Of a stretch of 48,551 nt of DNA, positions 39,746-48,551 are shown piece by piece; the stretch's first letter is position 1; each line of letters begins with the position of its first letter. A model generated the notes under the pieces. The model had not been told where the DNA came from and ran no database searches. It saw nothing but the letters and a program-made list of their open reading frames with translations. This stretch comes from Bdellovibrionota bacterium (GTDB lineage: Bacteria > Bdellovibrionota_C > UBA2361 > OMII01). The translations under genes were made by a program, and so were the position numbers. The stretch spans positions 1 through 48,551 of the forward strand of contig JBIJBE010000025.1 of NCBI GenBank assembly GCA_044345405.1, in the 5' to 3' direction.

Positions 39746-41092
39746 ATGAGCGAAACAGCAACCGTCCCCAAGGCCCTCGACCGTTCTCTCGGTATCCACC
39801 TCGTCGGTGAGAACATCGATCAGATGGTCTCGCTCGGCGAGCAGTTCGTCACGAACGCTCCAACTGGCACGCCACCGTGTTGTGCATGGGACGCAGGCAG
39901 CCTCTCTCGCCTTCCCTCATCTAAGCCAACAAAACCGCATCAGATCATCCTTCTGGACATGGGCGGTACCCATACCAAAGTGGCGACGAAAAACGCGCGG
40001 GGCGAGTGGGCGCTCCTGTTTGATCACCTCAACGATTGGTTTGAGCCACGACGAGATCCTTCCCTCCCACTCCTTCAAGGGTTCTTTCGGGTTCTCGTCC
40101 AGGAGCTTGTACGATCCCTCCCCTCCCTTCAGACCGAGGGCCTTCCCCTCCGTGTCGGGGTCATCTGGTCAAATCAGATAAAGACTCAGCGATTCTCAAC
40201 TGGCGTGACGACCGGGGTAACGGGCATCGTTCACGGCTATCAGAGCGGCGGCTATCGTAAGGGCGAATGGTTCCTCAAGGGACTCCACAACGGCGACGAC
40301 GTCGGAGCGCTCCTTCTCGCTGAGTTTACGCACGGCGGCATCACCCCAGAGGTAATGGTCCTCGGAAACGATACCCTCTTTACCCTCTTCGCTGTTCCAG
40401 GAGCGCACGCGGGAGTTGTTATGTCCTCGGGAGGGAACTGCACCCTTGTAGGAACAACTACAGAGAATAAAAACGAACTCTTCAACTCAGAGTTAGGGGG
40501 AATGTTCATGCTCCCCGATTCGATGCTCTCGGAAGGAGACAAGGAGTTCGCGAAGAGTCGTGGGCTCTCTCTCATCTCCCTTGAGGAGTTGAGCGCGGGT
40601 AACTGGTTTCCCACTATGGTCGCGGCAAATATCATCTCTGGATCAAAAATTCGAGAGGGAGAGGCGCTCAAGCCGATCGCTTCGGCGCTCCTCAACGAGT
40701 CGCTTTCCATCAACAACCGCGGACTCTGCGATCTCCTCGCCGGCTCCACGAGCATCTTTGCATCATTTCCGACCGCATCAATCGAAGCACTCCGGTCGCT
40801 TACGAGTTCGCTGGTCACACGCGCCGCCACATTGGCCGGCATCATGACCTATCTCTCAGTCGTGACGCAGCTTCGCGCTGGAGAGAAAAAAGCGCTCATC
40901 TCGCTCGACAGCTCCATGGGTCGGTACTTCCCGAGCTACTTTGACACCATGAAGCGGTGCATCGCGCGTATCACGCCCGCCGGATATGAGGTGGAGACGG
41001 TGCTCGTACATCCGATCGAGCTGCCGAATGGCGGGGATATCTCGGTTCCGCTTCAGGGGGCGGCGCTCTTGTTGGAGGTGGCTGCCTCCTAG
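39746..41092 (+). CDS. Hexokinase-family sugar kinase (eukaryote-like ASKHA)
   Basis: LLDMGGTH phosphate-1, LGNDTLFT, MSSGGNC, NSELGG, LEELSAG, GAAL. Confidence 0.7.
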   Translation: MSETATVPKALDRSLGIHLVGENIDQMVSLGEQFVTNAPTGTPPCCAWDAGSLSRLPSSKPTKPHQIILLDMGGTHTKVATKNARGEWALLFDHLNDWFEPRRDPSLPLLQGFFRVLVQELVRSLPSLQTEGLPLRVGVIWSNQIKTQRFSTGVTTGVTGIVHGYQSGGYRKGEWFLKGLHNGDDVGALLLAEFTHGGITPEVMVLGNDTLFTLFAVPGAHAGVVMSSGGNCTLVGTTTENKNELFNSELGGMFMLPDSMLSEGDKEFAKSRGLSLISLEELSAGNWFPTMVAANIISGSKIREGEALKPIASALLNESLSINNRGLCDLLAGSTSIFASFPTASIEALRSLTSSLVTRAATLAGIMTYLSVVTQLRAGEKKALISLDSSMGRYFPSYFDTMKRCIARITPAGYEVETVLVHPIELPNGGDISVPLQGAALLLEVAAS

Positions 41093-41129
41093 AAAGAGGC
41101 CCCCTCATATAAAATGAGAACAAGCTCCC

Positions 41130-41159
41130 GTTCTCGTTCTCGTGCTCGTAACCGTGCAC
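41130..41159. repeat. GTNNNC hexamer array (5 units)
   Basis: GTTCTC GTTCTC GTGCTC GTAACC GTGCAC. Confidence 0.6.
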
Positions 41160-41299
41160 CTACCTGACAATCAAAACGGCAAATTCATTAGTTTTTTAGA
41201 GCATGGGAACACGTATGCGCAGGTGCGCTAACACGGGGGCGCTCGAACACCTGATTCTTAAACTCGCCCTACGGCGTCATTCTCGCTATACTCCGCGCC

Positions 41300-42103
41300 A
41301 TGGAAGTCATCATCTGCCCATCTGCCGAACGCGCTAACCTCCTCACCGCTCAGCTCATGGCTGACACCGTGAAAGCAAAACCGAACGCCGTCCTCGGTAT
41401 GGCGACGGGTAGAACGCCTGAGGGTGTGTATGCTCGCCTTGCGCAACTCCACAAAGAGGCGGGCCTCGACTTCTCGGGGGTAACCACCTTCAACCTCGAT
41501 GAATACATCGGCATTCCCGTTACGCACCCGCAATCGTTCCGGGCCTGCATGGAGCGAGATCTCTTCTCGAAGGTCAACATAAAGAAGGAGAACACCCACC
41601 TCCCGAATGGCATGGCGTCCGACCTTGACGCTGAATGCGACCGCTACGAAAAATCCATCGCGGCCGCTGGTGGGATAGATCTGCAACTTCTTGGTATCGG
41701 ATTAAATGGGCACCTCGCCTTCAACGAGCCCCTCTCGTCACTCGCCTCACGCACGCGCACCAAGGCGCTTACGCCGGAAACTCGGAGACAGAACTCTCCA
41801 GCGTTCGGATCCCTCGATGAGGTACCGACACGCGCGATGACGATGGGAGTGGGAACCGTTCTCGAGAGTCGGTGGGCGATCCTTCTCGCCACGGGCTCAA
41901 GCAAAGCGGAGATAATTCTTAAAGCTGTGGAGGGTCCAATGACCGCGGTCGTTACCGCGAGCGCTCTCCAGATGCACCGTCGCTGCACCGTTATCGTCGA
42001 TGAACCGGCGGCGGAGTGGCTCCAAATGAAGGAATACTACCGGTGGGTATTCGCCAATGAGCCGGAGTGGGCGCCGTATCGGGAACTTGTTCTCGGAAGT
42101 TAG
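41300..42103 (+). CDS. nagB: Glucosamine-6-phosphate deaminase
   Basis: LGMATGRTP, FNLDEY, GGIDLQLLGIG.NGHLAFNEP, TMGVGT. Confidence 0.93.
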   Translation: MEVIICPSAERANLLTAQLMADTVKAKPNAVLGMATGRTPEGVYARLAQLHKEAGLDFSGVTTFNLDEYIGIPVTHPQSFRACMERDLFSKVNIKKENTHLPNGMASDLDAECDRYEKSIAAAGGIDLQLLGIGLNGHLAFNEPLSSLASRTRTKALTPETRRQNSPAFGSLDEVPTRAMTMGVGTVLESRWAILLATGSSKAEIILKAVEGPMTAVVTASALQMHRRCTVIVDEPAAEWLQMKEYYRWVFANEPEWAPYRELVLGS

Positions 42104-42224
42104 ATATAGTCGGCGTAGCGCCGCGGCGCTCCCATCACCTACATACACTCGCATCATTTTCCGCTAGAATCAGCGACGTTTCGAATGTATCTTCTCCCGG
42201 GTACAGTACGTGAGGATAATAGGT

Positions 42225-42422
42225 ATGCCTGGTAAACAGCACATGTTCGAAACGCCAAAGGCCGGATGCGCCACTCCAGAAGAGATGAGATTCGCGCCCT
42301 GCTCCTTACTCGACCAGCTCACCTGTCCACCGGTCACAAAAGAACCCTCACAGCCTGAGGGATCAAGGCCAACATCTCACGGCCCCAACATTCAACCACC
42401 GGATGCAAAACCTTCCCACTAA
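42225..42422 (+). CDS. Possible small Pro-rich protein (65 aa)
   Basis: GAGG upstream of ATG 42225; followed by a strong hairpin. Confidence 0.3.
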   Translation: MPGKQHMFETPKAGCATPEEMRFAPCSLLDQLTCPPVTKEPSQPEGSRPTSHGPNIQPPDAKPSH

Positions 42423-42450
42423 CCAGGGCGTGTGAACGGAAAGACACGGA

Positions 42451-42478
42451 AGGAGCGGGAGGGAGACCTCCCGCTCCT
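42451..42478. terminator. 12-bp GC hairpin with GAGA loop between convergent ORFs
   Basis: AGGAGCGGGAGG-GAGA-CCTCCCGCTCCT. Confidence 0.6.
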
Positions 42479-42485
42479 CATATCT

Positions 42486-43007
42486 CTAGGCAGCCTTTGC
42501 CATAGCTTCCGGCACCGGCAAGAGTACCTCGTCCGCCAACGCCGCCGAGAGAACCAACAGCTCCTCTCTGGAGGCCTTCACACCATCAACGATGATCGAG
42601 ATAGATCCCAATGGCATGAATCTCTCGTTGATCGAGAGAACCGTTGGCCCCGGACGCTTCCTCTCAGGATTCGTCCTTAAAACCATCCGGCGGATGAGCG
42701 AGATGCCGGACTGGTCGCATCCGAACATCTCAGTCAACCACATCGGCTGCTTCGAGATAGCGTAATCGAGACTTGCCGCAAGCGATCCACCGCATCCCTT
42801 GATGAACGGCTCCTCAAGAACGCTCACCGCGCGCACCGCAAGGAGCGCGAGCCCTCGCACCGCGGATGTCCACTGAAACGATCCAGCGGAACGGTACGCT
42901 CCACCGCTCTTACCTCTGATGCTCCGGCGGACATCGCCGCTGATTCCATCGCAGAAGGCTACCTCGGTGAGTTGTCCTGCTTCGAAATATAACTTTAAGT
43001 CTCTCAT
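42486..43007 (-). CDS. Hypothetical protein
   Basis: 173 aa, strong TAAGGAGG RBS; basic RRMVLRTNPERKRPGP segment. Confidence 0.75.
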   Translation of the reverse strand: MRDLKLYFEAGQLTEVAFCDGISGDVRRSIRGKSGGAYRSAGSFQWTSAVRGLALLAVRAVSVLEEPFIKGCGGSLAASLDYAISKQPMWLTEMFGCDQSGISLIRRMVLRTNPERKRPGPTVLSINERFMPLGSISIIVDGVKASREELLVLSAALADEVLLPVPEAMAKAA

Positions 43008-43298
43008 AGCGTCCTCCTTAACTCCGTCTCTCCTATCCTTGGATTGTCAGCACACTTCTCGGCATCCCTGCCCACATCCCGCTAACAAACTGCTTCGATT
43101 CCTGAAACTGCAACCTCGCTTCATTCCAGAAACAATTACTGAATAATGCTCTCGCGCCGAGGTCGCAAATCAGTGTCAAAATCTTCGAACCCGGATAGCG
43201 CCGTTCGTGGAATTTGACACTCTACCCCCATTTCGAGGGGGTAGCGGCCGAATCCACTTTTCCCCCTTCAGCCTCACGTAAGTGCACCGAGCACTCTC

Positions 43299-43325
43299 AA
43301 AAAGCCCGTAAAATATGGGCTTTTT
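43299..43325. terminator. Bidirectional terminator-like hairpin
   Basis: AAAAAGCCC-N9-GGGCTTTTT. Confidence 0.45.
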
Positions 43326-44003
43326 CACGTTTTCACCTCTATCGAACGCCACTCAGATCGACATGACAAAATCCCCCTGCCCCCTTTCTGCCGCTCAAAA
43401 CCTCTTTGGTGCATCCGAATCCACTTCCCTATGCGCGCCTTGAGGGTAAGAGATACCCCATGACCGAGCATCACCACCGTTCTCGGACGACACGGACGGC
43501 AACGCCACCAGCGGGCGTTGAATCGCACCGTTTCCTCGTTCTTCTCGACTTTTTAGGATTGGATTTTCAAGATGTTAGTCCTCCGAAAACCCGTTCCGCG
43601 TAGTGGTCGGGCTTTCTCGAGGACTCCAGAACTCTTGCGAGTATCAGGAGCGGAAAGCCGACGCAGCCCAACGTGCACGAAGCCCCACTAGGGTGAGGTC
43701 GTGCTTAAAAATGTTGGGGTAGGTCGTCTTTCGCATAGTCCGTTCATAGTGTCAGACACAGGTGGTCGGTTCAATTTAAAAGTGATTTCAGGATTCAGAA
43801 AACGACCCAGAAACGGGTCAAAAAGCCCCCTCTGATACTGTCGCTTTTCCACGAACCCCATGGGGAGACATGCAAAAGAGGTCGCAACCACCTGTATTTA
43901 GGTTGTTTTCTATCGCGATCTCTCATCTCCCAAAACCTACAGCACATATCCCAACCGACCTGCCATACCGATCAGTAAGGTTTACCGGCTTGGCGAGTCA
44001 CCT

Positions 44004-44459
44004 ATGAACAAAAACGACAACAACTCCTCTCAATCAGTAGATTCGCTCATGTCTCGCATGCAGAACCTCAAACCCAAAGGTGCCCTTCGAGGCAAGGATG
44101 AGATCGCTCTCGCTGCCGCTGTGGTGCTAATCGAAATCGCGTCCTCTGATCATGTTGTCGACAAATTTGAACGCACGGTGATTATCAACGGATTAAAGAG
44201 CCTCTTCCGCGTTTCCGATGAAAACGCCAATGGCTTAATGAACCGAGCGAAAGCGCAACTCTCAAGCATGCGCGGAAGCTCTTCAGCGGCCGAGGTCTTA
44301 CGTGATTCTTTGGATATGGCGTCGAAGCGGGCTATCGCTCAGGTAATCGACAACCTCATTCGCTGCAACGGCGTGGTCGACGGCATCGAGGTGTATCTCC
44401 GCAAGCGGTTCCGCGACATCTTGGGGCTCTCTGAAGAGATGCTCAACCGCATCGAGTAG
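44004..44459 (+). CDS. TerB-family protein
   Basis: LAAAVVLIEIASSDHVVDKFE and NGVVDGIE helical TerB motifs. Confidence 0.75.
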   Translation: MNKNDNNSSQSVDSLMSRMQNLKPKGALRGKDEIALAAAVVLIEIASSDHVVDKFERTVIINGLKSLFRVSDENANGLMNRAKAQLSSMRGSSSAAEVLRDSLDMASKRAIAQVIDNLIRCNGVVDGIEVYLRKRFRDILGLSEEMLNRIE

Positions 44460-44633
44460 GACAGGCTCGCTTCCTACGCATTTCCGTTACGCATTCTCTC
44501 TACGAGTTGCCCATTCTTAGTCCGTTGTAACTTTTCTGCGTGAATTGCGCTCCACATTGTAAGGAGCCGTTATGGAGTCGCCGACCTAAGATATGGGGCT
44601 CCGTGTAAGTGGGTTCCCTATAAGAGCTAGTAT

Positions 44634-45449
44634 ATGTCGAGTGGCCTCACCGCTGTAGGGTTTAGCTCATCGTCGGTTTTCAGTATCTCGCGCACCCAGA
44701 ACGCGCTCGCGCGATCCTTTGCGCAGGTTTCTTCGGGATACCGCATAAACAGAGCCGCAGATGACGCCGCTGGGCTCGCCATAGCCTCCGGCCTTGCCGC
44801 GAGTATCACGGAGATTAGCCAAGCATCTCGAAATGTAAGTGATACAGCTTCGGCCCTCGCGATAGCGGATGGCGCCCTGGGTCAGGTATCCGAGATCTCC
44901 ACCAGGATGCAGGAGCTGGCTACGATGGCCGCTAACGGCACGTATACCGATGAGCAACGAAGTGCCCTTCAAACGGAATACGCCGCCCTCGCTGAGGAGA
45001 TTCAAAGGATAGGATCAACGACCTCCTACAACGGCAAGAGCCTTCTTGATGGATCGTCCATGACCGCTCAAATCGGGTCTGGCGGCGAGACGTTGACCGT
45101 AAATGGGGTCAACCTCCAATCCCTGGCAAGCGGCGCAACGTCACAAGACATCAGCACCCAAGCTGGAGCCCAGGCGGCTATGTCAGCGATCGATCAGTTC
45201 TCGCAGGACCTCACCACACAAAGGACCGGAACTATCGGCTCAGCGATGTCACGCCTGGATTCGATACAAAACAACCTCTCGAGCCAAAGTATCACTCAGA
45301 ACTCAGCGCTCTCACAGATACGAGACGCCGACCTACCCGCCGCGATCGTCGAACTCACTAAAGCTAAGGTGCTTCAGCAATACCAAGTCGCTTTGGTTAA
45401 ACAAGCTTCGATGCTTGACGCTTCGACCCGACTCTCCATGCTCGGCTAA
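44634..45449 (+). CDS. Flagellin (short, D0/D1 only)
   Basis: SSGYRINRAADDAAGLAI, RMQELATMAANGT, YNGKSLLDG, SQIRDAD. Confidence 0.9.
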   Translation: MSSGLTAVGFSSSSVFSISRTQNALARSFAQVSSGYRINRAADDAAGLAIASGLAASITEISQASRNVSDTASALAIADGALGQVSEISTRMQELATMAANGTYTDEQRSALQTEYAALAEEIQRIGSTTSYNGKSLLDGSSMTAQIGSGGETLTVNGVNLQSLASGATSQDISTQAGAQAAMSAIDQFSQDLTTQRTGTIGSAMSRLDSIQNNLSSQSITQNSALSQIRDADLPAAIVELTKAKVLQQYQVALVKQASMLDASTRLSMLG

Positions 45450-45491
45450 TTCAGCGCGCAACTCCTCGCCGGAAAACTCGATAGAACCTTC

Positions 45492-45911
45492 ATGGAAAGA
45501 GGCTTCTCACTTATCGAAATACTTTTGGCTCTCTCTATTTTTGGTTCCCTTGTCGCCATAGCCGTGCCCTCTCTCGCGGATTGGATACCCCAGCATGCGG
45601 TTCGCCGCGAGGCTCGGGGCGTTCAACTTCTCCTGGAGCGCGCGTACGCGTTGGCCCTCACAAGGTCGATTCCGGTCTCGGTCTCTATCACCCCCAGGCG
45701 GATTACCGCTACCGTTGGTGAAAGCACCGACGCCTTCATCCATAATCTTTCCGCTCCGATTACTGCGCGATTTAAGGGGAATGAGAAGGGCCCCCTGACC
45801 TTCTATCCCTCTCATACCGCCTCTCCCGCCACTATTGTAATCGAAAGCCCCGCATATCTCTGTTCGATCGTACTGTCGCTACGAGGACGGACTCGCAGGG
45901 AGTGCGCATGA
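45492..45911 (+). CDS. FimT/GspH-like minor pilin
   Basis: Prepilin site RG/FSLIE, hydrophobic helix, LSLRGRTR tail. Confidence 0.85.
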   Translation: MERGFSLIEILLALSIFGSLVAIAVPSLADWIPQHAVRREARGVQLLLERAYALALTRSIPVSVSITPRRITATVGESTDAFIHNLSAPITARFKGNEKGPLTFYPSHTASPATIVIESPAYLCSIVLSLRGRTRRECA

Positions 45912-46141
45912 ATTCGACGATACGCAAGCAGCGTGGCTTCATGATGATCGAGGCTTTAGTGGCGATGACCCTTATCCTTACGGCGGCGAGCTGCACGATG
46001 TGGTTTCTCCACAGAGCGCTCCGCGGCGTAGCGCTTCAACGAATACAACAGGATCCGCAGTGTGATCGGCCAACATGCGGATCGGGTATGGCCTTCTCGG
46101 AGTGTCGGTGTGGAACACAGACCTTTCGCGCGCAGCGATAA
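45908..46141 (+). CDS. PilV-like short minor pilin
   Basis: QRG/FMMIEALVA; ATGA overlap with upstream gene; 4 Cys at C-terminus. Confidence 0.75.
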   Translation: MNSTIRKQRGFMMIEALVAMTLILTAASCTMWFLHRALRGVALQRIQQDPQCDRPTCGSGMAFSECRCGTQTFRAQR

Positions 46142-46979
46142 CGAGCGTGGGGCTGTTGCCCTTGACGCCTTATGGGGGTTACTGATGGGAAGCCTCGCCC
46201 TGATCAGCTGCGCCTACCTCACCTCTCGCGTGTCATCTACCGCGGCCTTAATGACGCGCGAGATAAACGGAAGGCTGGCCGCGGCGAAAACGATCGCGGT
46301 CGTTACTGCCGCCCTCCTCTCAGCGGAACGAAATCGACTTGCATTCAGCGCGCAGATTACCTCAGGAACCTCTCTTCGCCTTCCGAACGGTCTGCGACAC
46401 CCACTTGCGACGATCTCAACCTCATCGGGCCCTCGAACCGAGTCTGACATACTCACCCTAATCGACCTCGACAATCGGTACCGAGGGTTGGTGACCGCGG
46501 CGACCATCTCTGGCACATCGATCACAGCGACGATATGCGGGCTCTCCTCTCGAATCCCAAGTGGCGCGTTTAAAAGCTACCTCCTAATCACGATCGAAGG
46601 GGCCCGGCAGATTGTTGGAGATGCGGTTCCTATAAATTCAACGTGTGCTCGACTAAACGGCGCCTCGATCTCTGGTGTCATCTCACCGCAGAGCGCGTTT
46701 ACCTCACAGCCTTTGGTCTTTGTACCGATCGACCGGGAGTACTCTATTTTCGTTGACCGAGCGGCCAACCTCCGGCTCGCCTCTCATACGGGCGCGAGCA
46801 TTCTTGAGAACCAACCGATCAGTCGGGATGTTGACCTCATGACGCTCCAGGAGGAGCGCCAACCACATGGGATACGAATATTTAAACTTAACGTGAAGCC
46901 CCCGTCACTACGCGCCGTATCACACTTCATCATTCCCGCCCTCACCCAACGGCAGGTGTGGAACGAGGTTCTCCCATGA
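46110..46979 (+). CDS. PilW-like minor pilin
   Basis: ERG/AVALDAL hydrophobic helix; ENQPISRDV motif; third in cluster; GTG start inferred. Confidence 0.65.
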   Translation: MEHRPFARSDNERGAVALDALWGLLMGSLALISCAYLTSRVSSTAALMTREINGRLAAAKTIAVVTAALLSAERNRLAFSAQITSGTSLRLPNGLRHPLATISTSSGPRTESDILTLIDLDNRYRGLVTAATISGTSITATICGLSSRIPSGAFKSYLLITIEGARQIVGDAVPINSTCARLNGASISGVISPQSAFTSQPLVFVPIDREYSIFVDRAANLRLASHTGASILENQPISRDVDLMTLQEERQPHGIRIFKLNVKPPSLRAVSHFIIPALTQRQVWNEVLP

Positions 46980-47782
46980 GTTTGTCTTCACAACAAGGAT
47001 GGGTGCTTCCAACGACCCTTTTTGGTTTAACCCTTATCCTCGCGACGATCCGGCTCCTCGCCATCGACCAAACAGCAGCGAGCCAAATCCTCAGCGATAT
47101 TCGACGAGCGCATACACTGCGTCAGCATGCCGTTGGTGAGGTCCTCTCCGCAGGAGAGGCAAAACCACTGTGCCAGGAACGTAACATCATGCTTGGGGAT
47201 AGGCCGCTTACCTATGAGGTGTGTGGAGAACGAAAAATGCCATTCATGATAGCGCCAGCTCAAGGTGAGCTGCCGATCACGCGGATCGATTATGACGAGA
47301 TCTTTGCCCTTGCGGTACGGTGCCCCTCGACACCGTTGAACGCGGCGAATCCATTCGGAGAGGTATCGACAGCCTCAAAGGATTGCGTTGTCCCAGCTTC
47401 TCTACATGGCGGCATCACTACCCTTGAGAACATTCGTGGAGATACAACGCGGGTTTTAACGCGCTCAGCGCATGCATCGATCATCGCGTCACCGGGACGG
47501 ATAACGTTTATCGGAGCCATCACGCTCGAATCGGACCTCGTTATCGTGGCCGGGGGAGATATAGAGATACGCGCAATCACGGCAGCCCCTTCTCAGACTC
47601 GAAAGGTGACTATCATCTCAGCGCTTGGTGGTATCCGCGTTGGCTCTGTAGCGCCCGGGGTGTCGGTGATTGCGGCGGGACGAGCCACCATTGAGGTGCC
47701 ACAGACCCCACAGCACCCACCGTTTCCACTCCCTCCACTGCGGGGGCATGAGATTATTGGGATTCGGGCGGTTAGGGAGTAA
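46976..47782 (+). CDS. PilX-like minor pilin
   Basis: QQG/WVLPTTL lacking E5, as expected for PilX/GspK; ATGA overlap. Confidence 0.65.
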   Translation: MSLSSQQGWVLPTTLFGLTLILATIRLLAIDQTAASQILSDIRRAHTLRQHAVGEVLSAGEAKPLCQERNIMLGDRPLTYEVCGERKMPFMIAPAQGELPITRIDYDEIFALAVRCPSTPLNAANPFGEVSTASKDCVVPASLHGGITTLENIRGDTTRVLTRSAHASIIASPGRITFIGAITLESDLVIVAGGDIEIRAITAAPSQTRKVTIISALGGIRVGSVAPGVSVIAAGRATIEVPQTPQHPPFPLPPLRGHEIIGIRAVRE

Positions 47783-47930
47783 CTCCGTGCCTGACCCGGG
47801 ACCTGGGGGGACGGCCGCTCTACTCCCCCCCCCTCAATCATCTACCCAAAGGGCTCAGTGGAGGGAAATTAACGCGACGACCCATCAAGCCTTTCGCCGA
47901 ATCAGACGACCCTAGCTGTGTGGAGGGGCT

Positions 47931-48305
47931 ATGGCAAACACTGGACTTTTTCGGTTATTCGGAGCAGCGGTCATTATACTTTTTGCCGCTGGAGGGGACC
48001 TCTCCGCGCAAATGCCCGCGCCAAAGGCACCGAGCAAGCGAAGCACCGTGACTGAACCTCGACCATGGACCGATGAAGAGATTGAGAATCTTTTTTTGGT
48101 TGAGAAGAAATGCCAAGAGATAAAGCGATCTTCCAATCCCGCTAACAACCCCTCGAATCTCCCTCGGCGACCTGTGCACCGCAGCCACTCCCCAAACATT
48201 CCGAAAGGTGCACCGAATCAGTATCCAAAGGTCCCTGACTATGGAGAGATACCAAAGGACCCCGAAACCTACTGGCAATGGCTCTGCGGCCAATTATGGA
48301 AATGA
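47931..48305 (+). CDS. Small secreted hypothetical protein
   Basis: GGAGG RBS, signal peptide LSA/Q, Pro-rich, two Cys. Confidence 0.6.
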   Translation: MANTGLFRLFGAAVIILFAAGGDLSAQMPAPKAPSKRSTVTEPRPWTDEEIENLFLVEKKCQEIKRSSNPANNPSNLPRRPVHRSHSPNIPKGAPNQYPKVPDYGEIPKDPETYWQWLCGQLWK

Positions 48306-48551
48306 CCGGCGATACATCCAGGTGCGTCACGCCAAGATTCGGCGCCCATTTCACGGTTCGTCCTACGGAATCGCGACAAGCTAGCCTCGATGTCGCAGAG
48401 CGACAGCTGGCTCTCTAATCCAATCTCCGCAACATCTGCTTCGTCTTATGTCGCTCGTACTTCGCGGCGCGCTTACCCTTGTCGTCACGCTTCCGATCCC
48501 GACGATCGCCAGCGGTGGGCGCGCGGGAGACAAAAAGCGTTGGCGAGCGCC

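Noticed and set aside
43600-43800. 6S, SRP or RNase P RNA identity for the structured region
   Set aside because: Only superficial fragments (TCAGG, GGAAAG, GCAGC); hallmark motifs not matched, so left as an unknown candidate
44560-44587. Sigma28 promoter before flagellin (TAAG-N16-GCCGACCT)
   Set aside because: Spacing and -10 match are imperfect; not enough to call
48302-48551. Possible gene at the right window edge
   Set aside because: Several short open frames; none can be supported from the available sequence

Overview
A 48.5-kb bacterial chromosomal window from a Gram-negative (diderm) organism, as shown by LpxL, PpiD, a porin, flagellin and type IV minor pilins. The gene set is reminiscent of deltaproteobacteria/Bdellovibrionota-like lineages, but that is inference only. 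The left third is housekeeping: a LolB-like lipoprotein, a TPR protein, divergent tRNA-Gln(CTG)/tRNA-Glu(CTC), pdxST, lpxL, a sigma54 response regulator with a degenerate kinase, sthA, gatCAB and ppiD. The right part is metabolic and envelope: pgl, a CHASE2 cyclase, porin, MscS, DTW protein, M48, SH3, argG, a eukaryote-type hexokinase with nagB, TerB-like, flagellin and four minor pilins. The most striking region is 19.1-28.0 kb. It holds four repeats of a two-gene module: a secreted low-complexity protein with a Met-rich hydrophobic helix followed by Gln/Asn, then a small secreted Cys-patterned paralog. These flank three secreted proteins resembling the F-type conjugation pilus-assembly factors TraU, TrbC and TraW, with no other conjugation genes in the window. 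Non-coding signals include a parS-like palindrome, a CTAG-flanked MITE, three copies of a REP-like element, palindromic tandem repeats before pdxS, and a structured, switch-like intergenic region at 43.1-43.9 kb. All product calls come from motif recognition by eye, not database searches.
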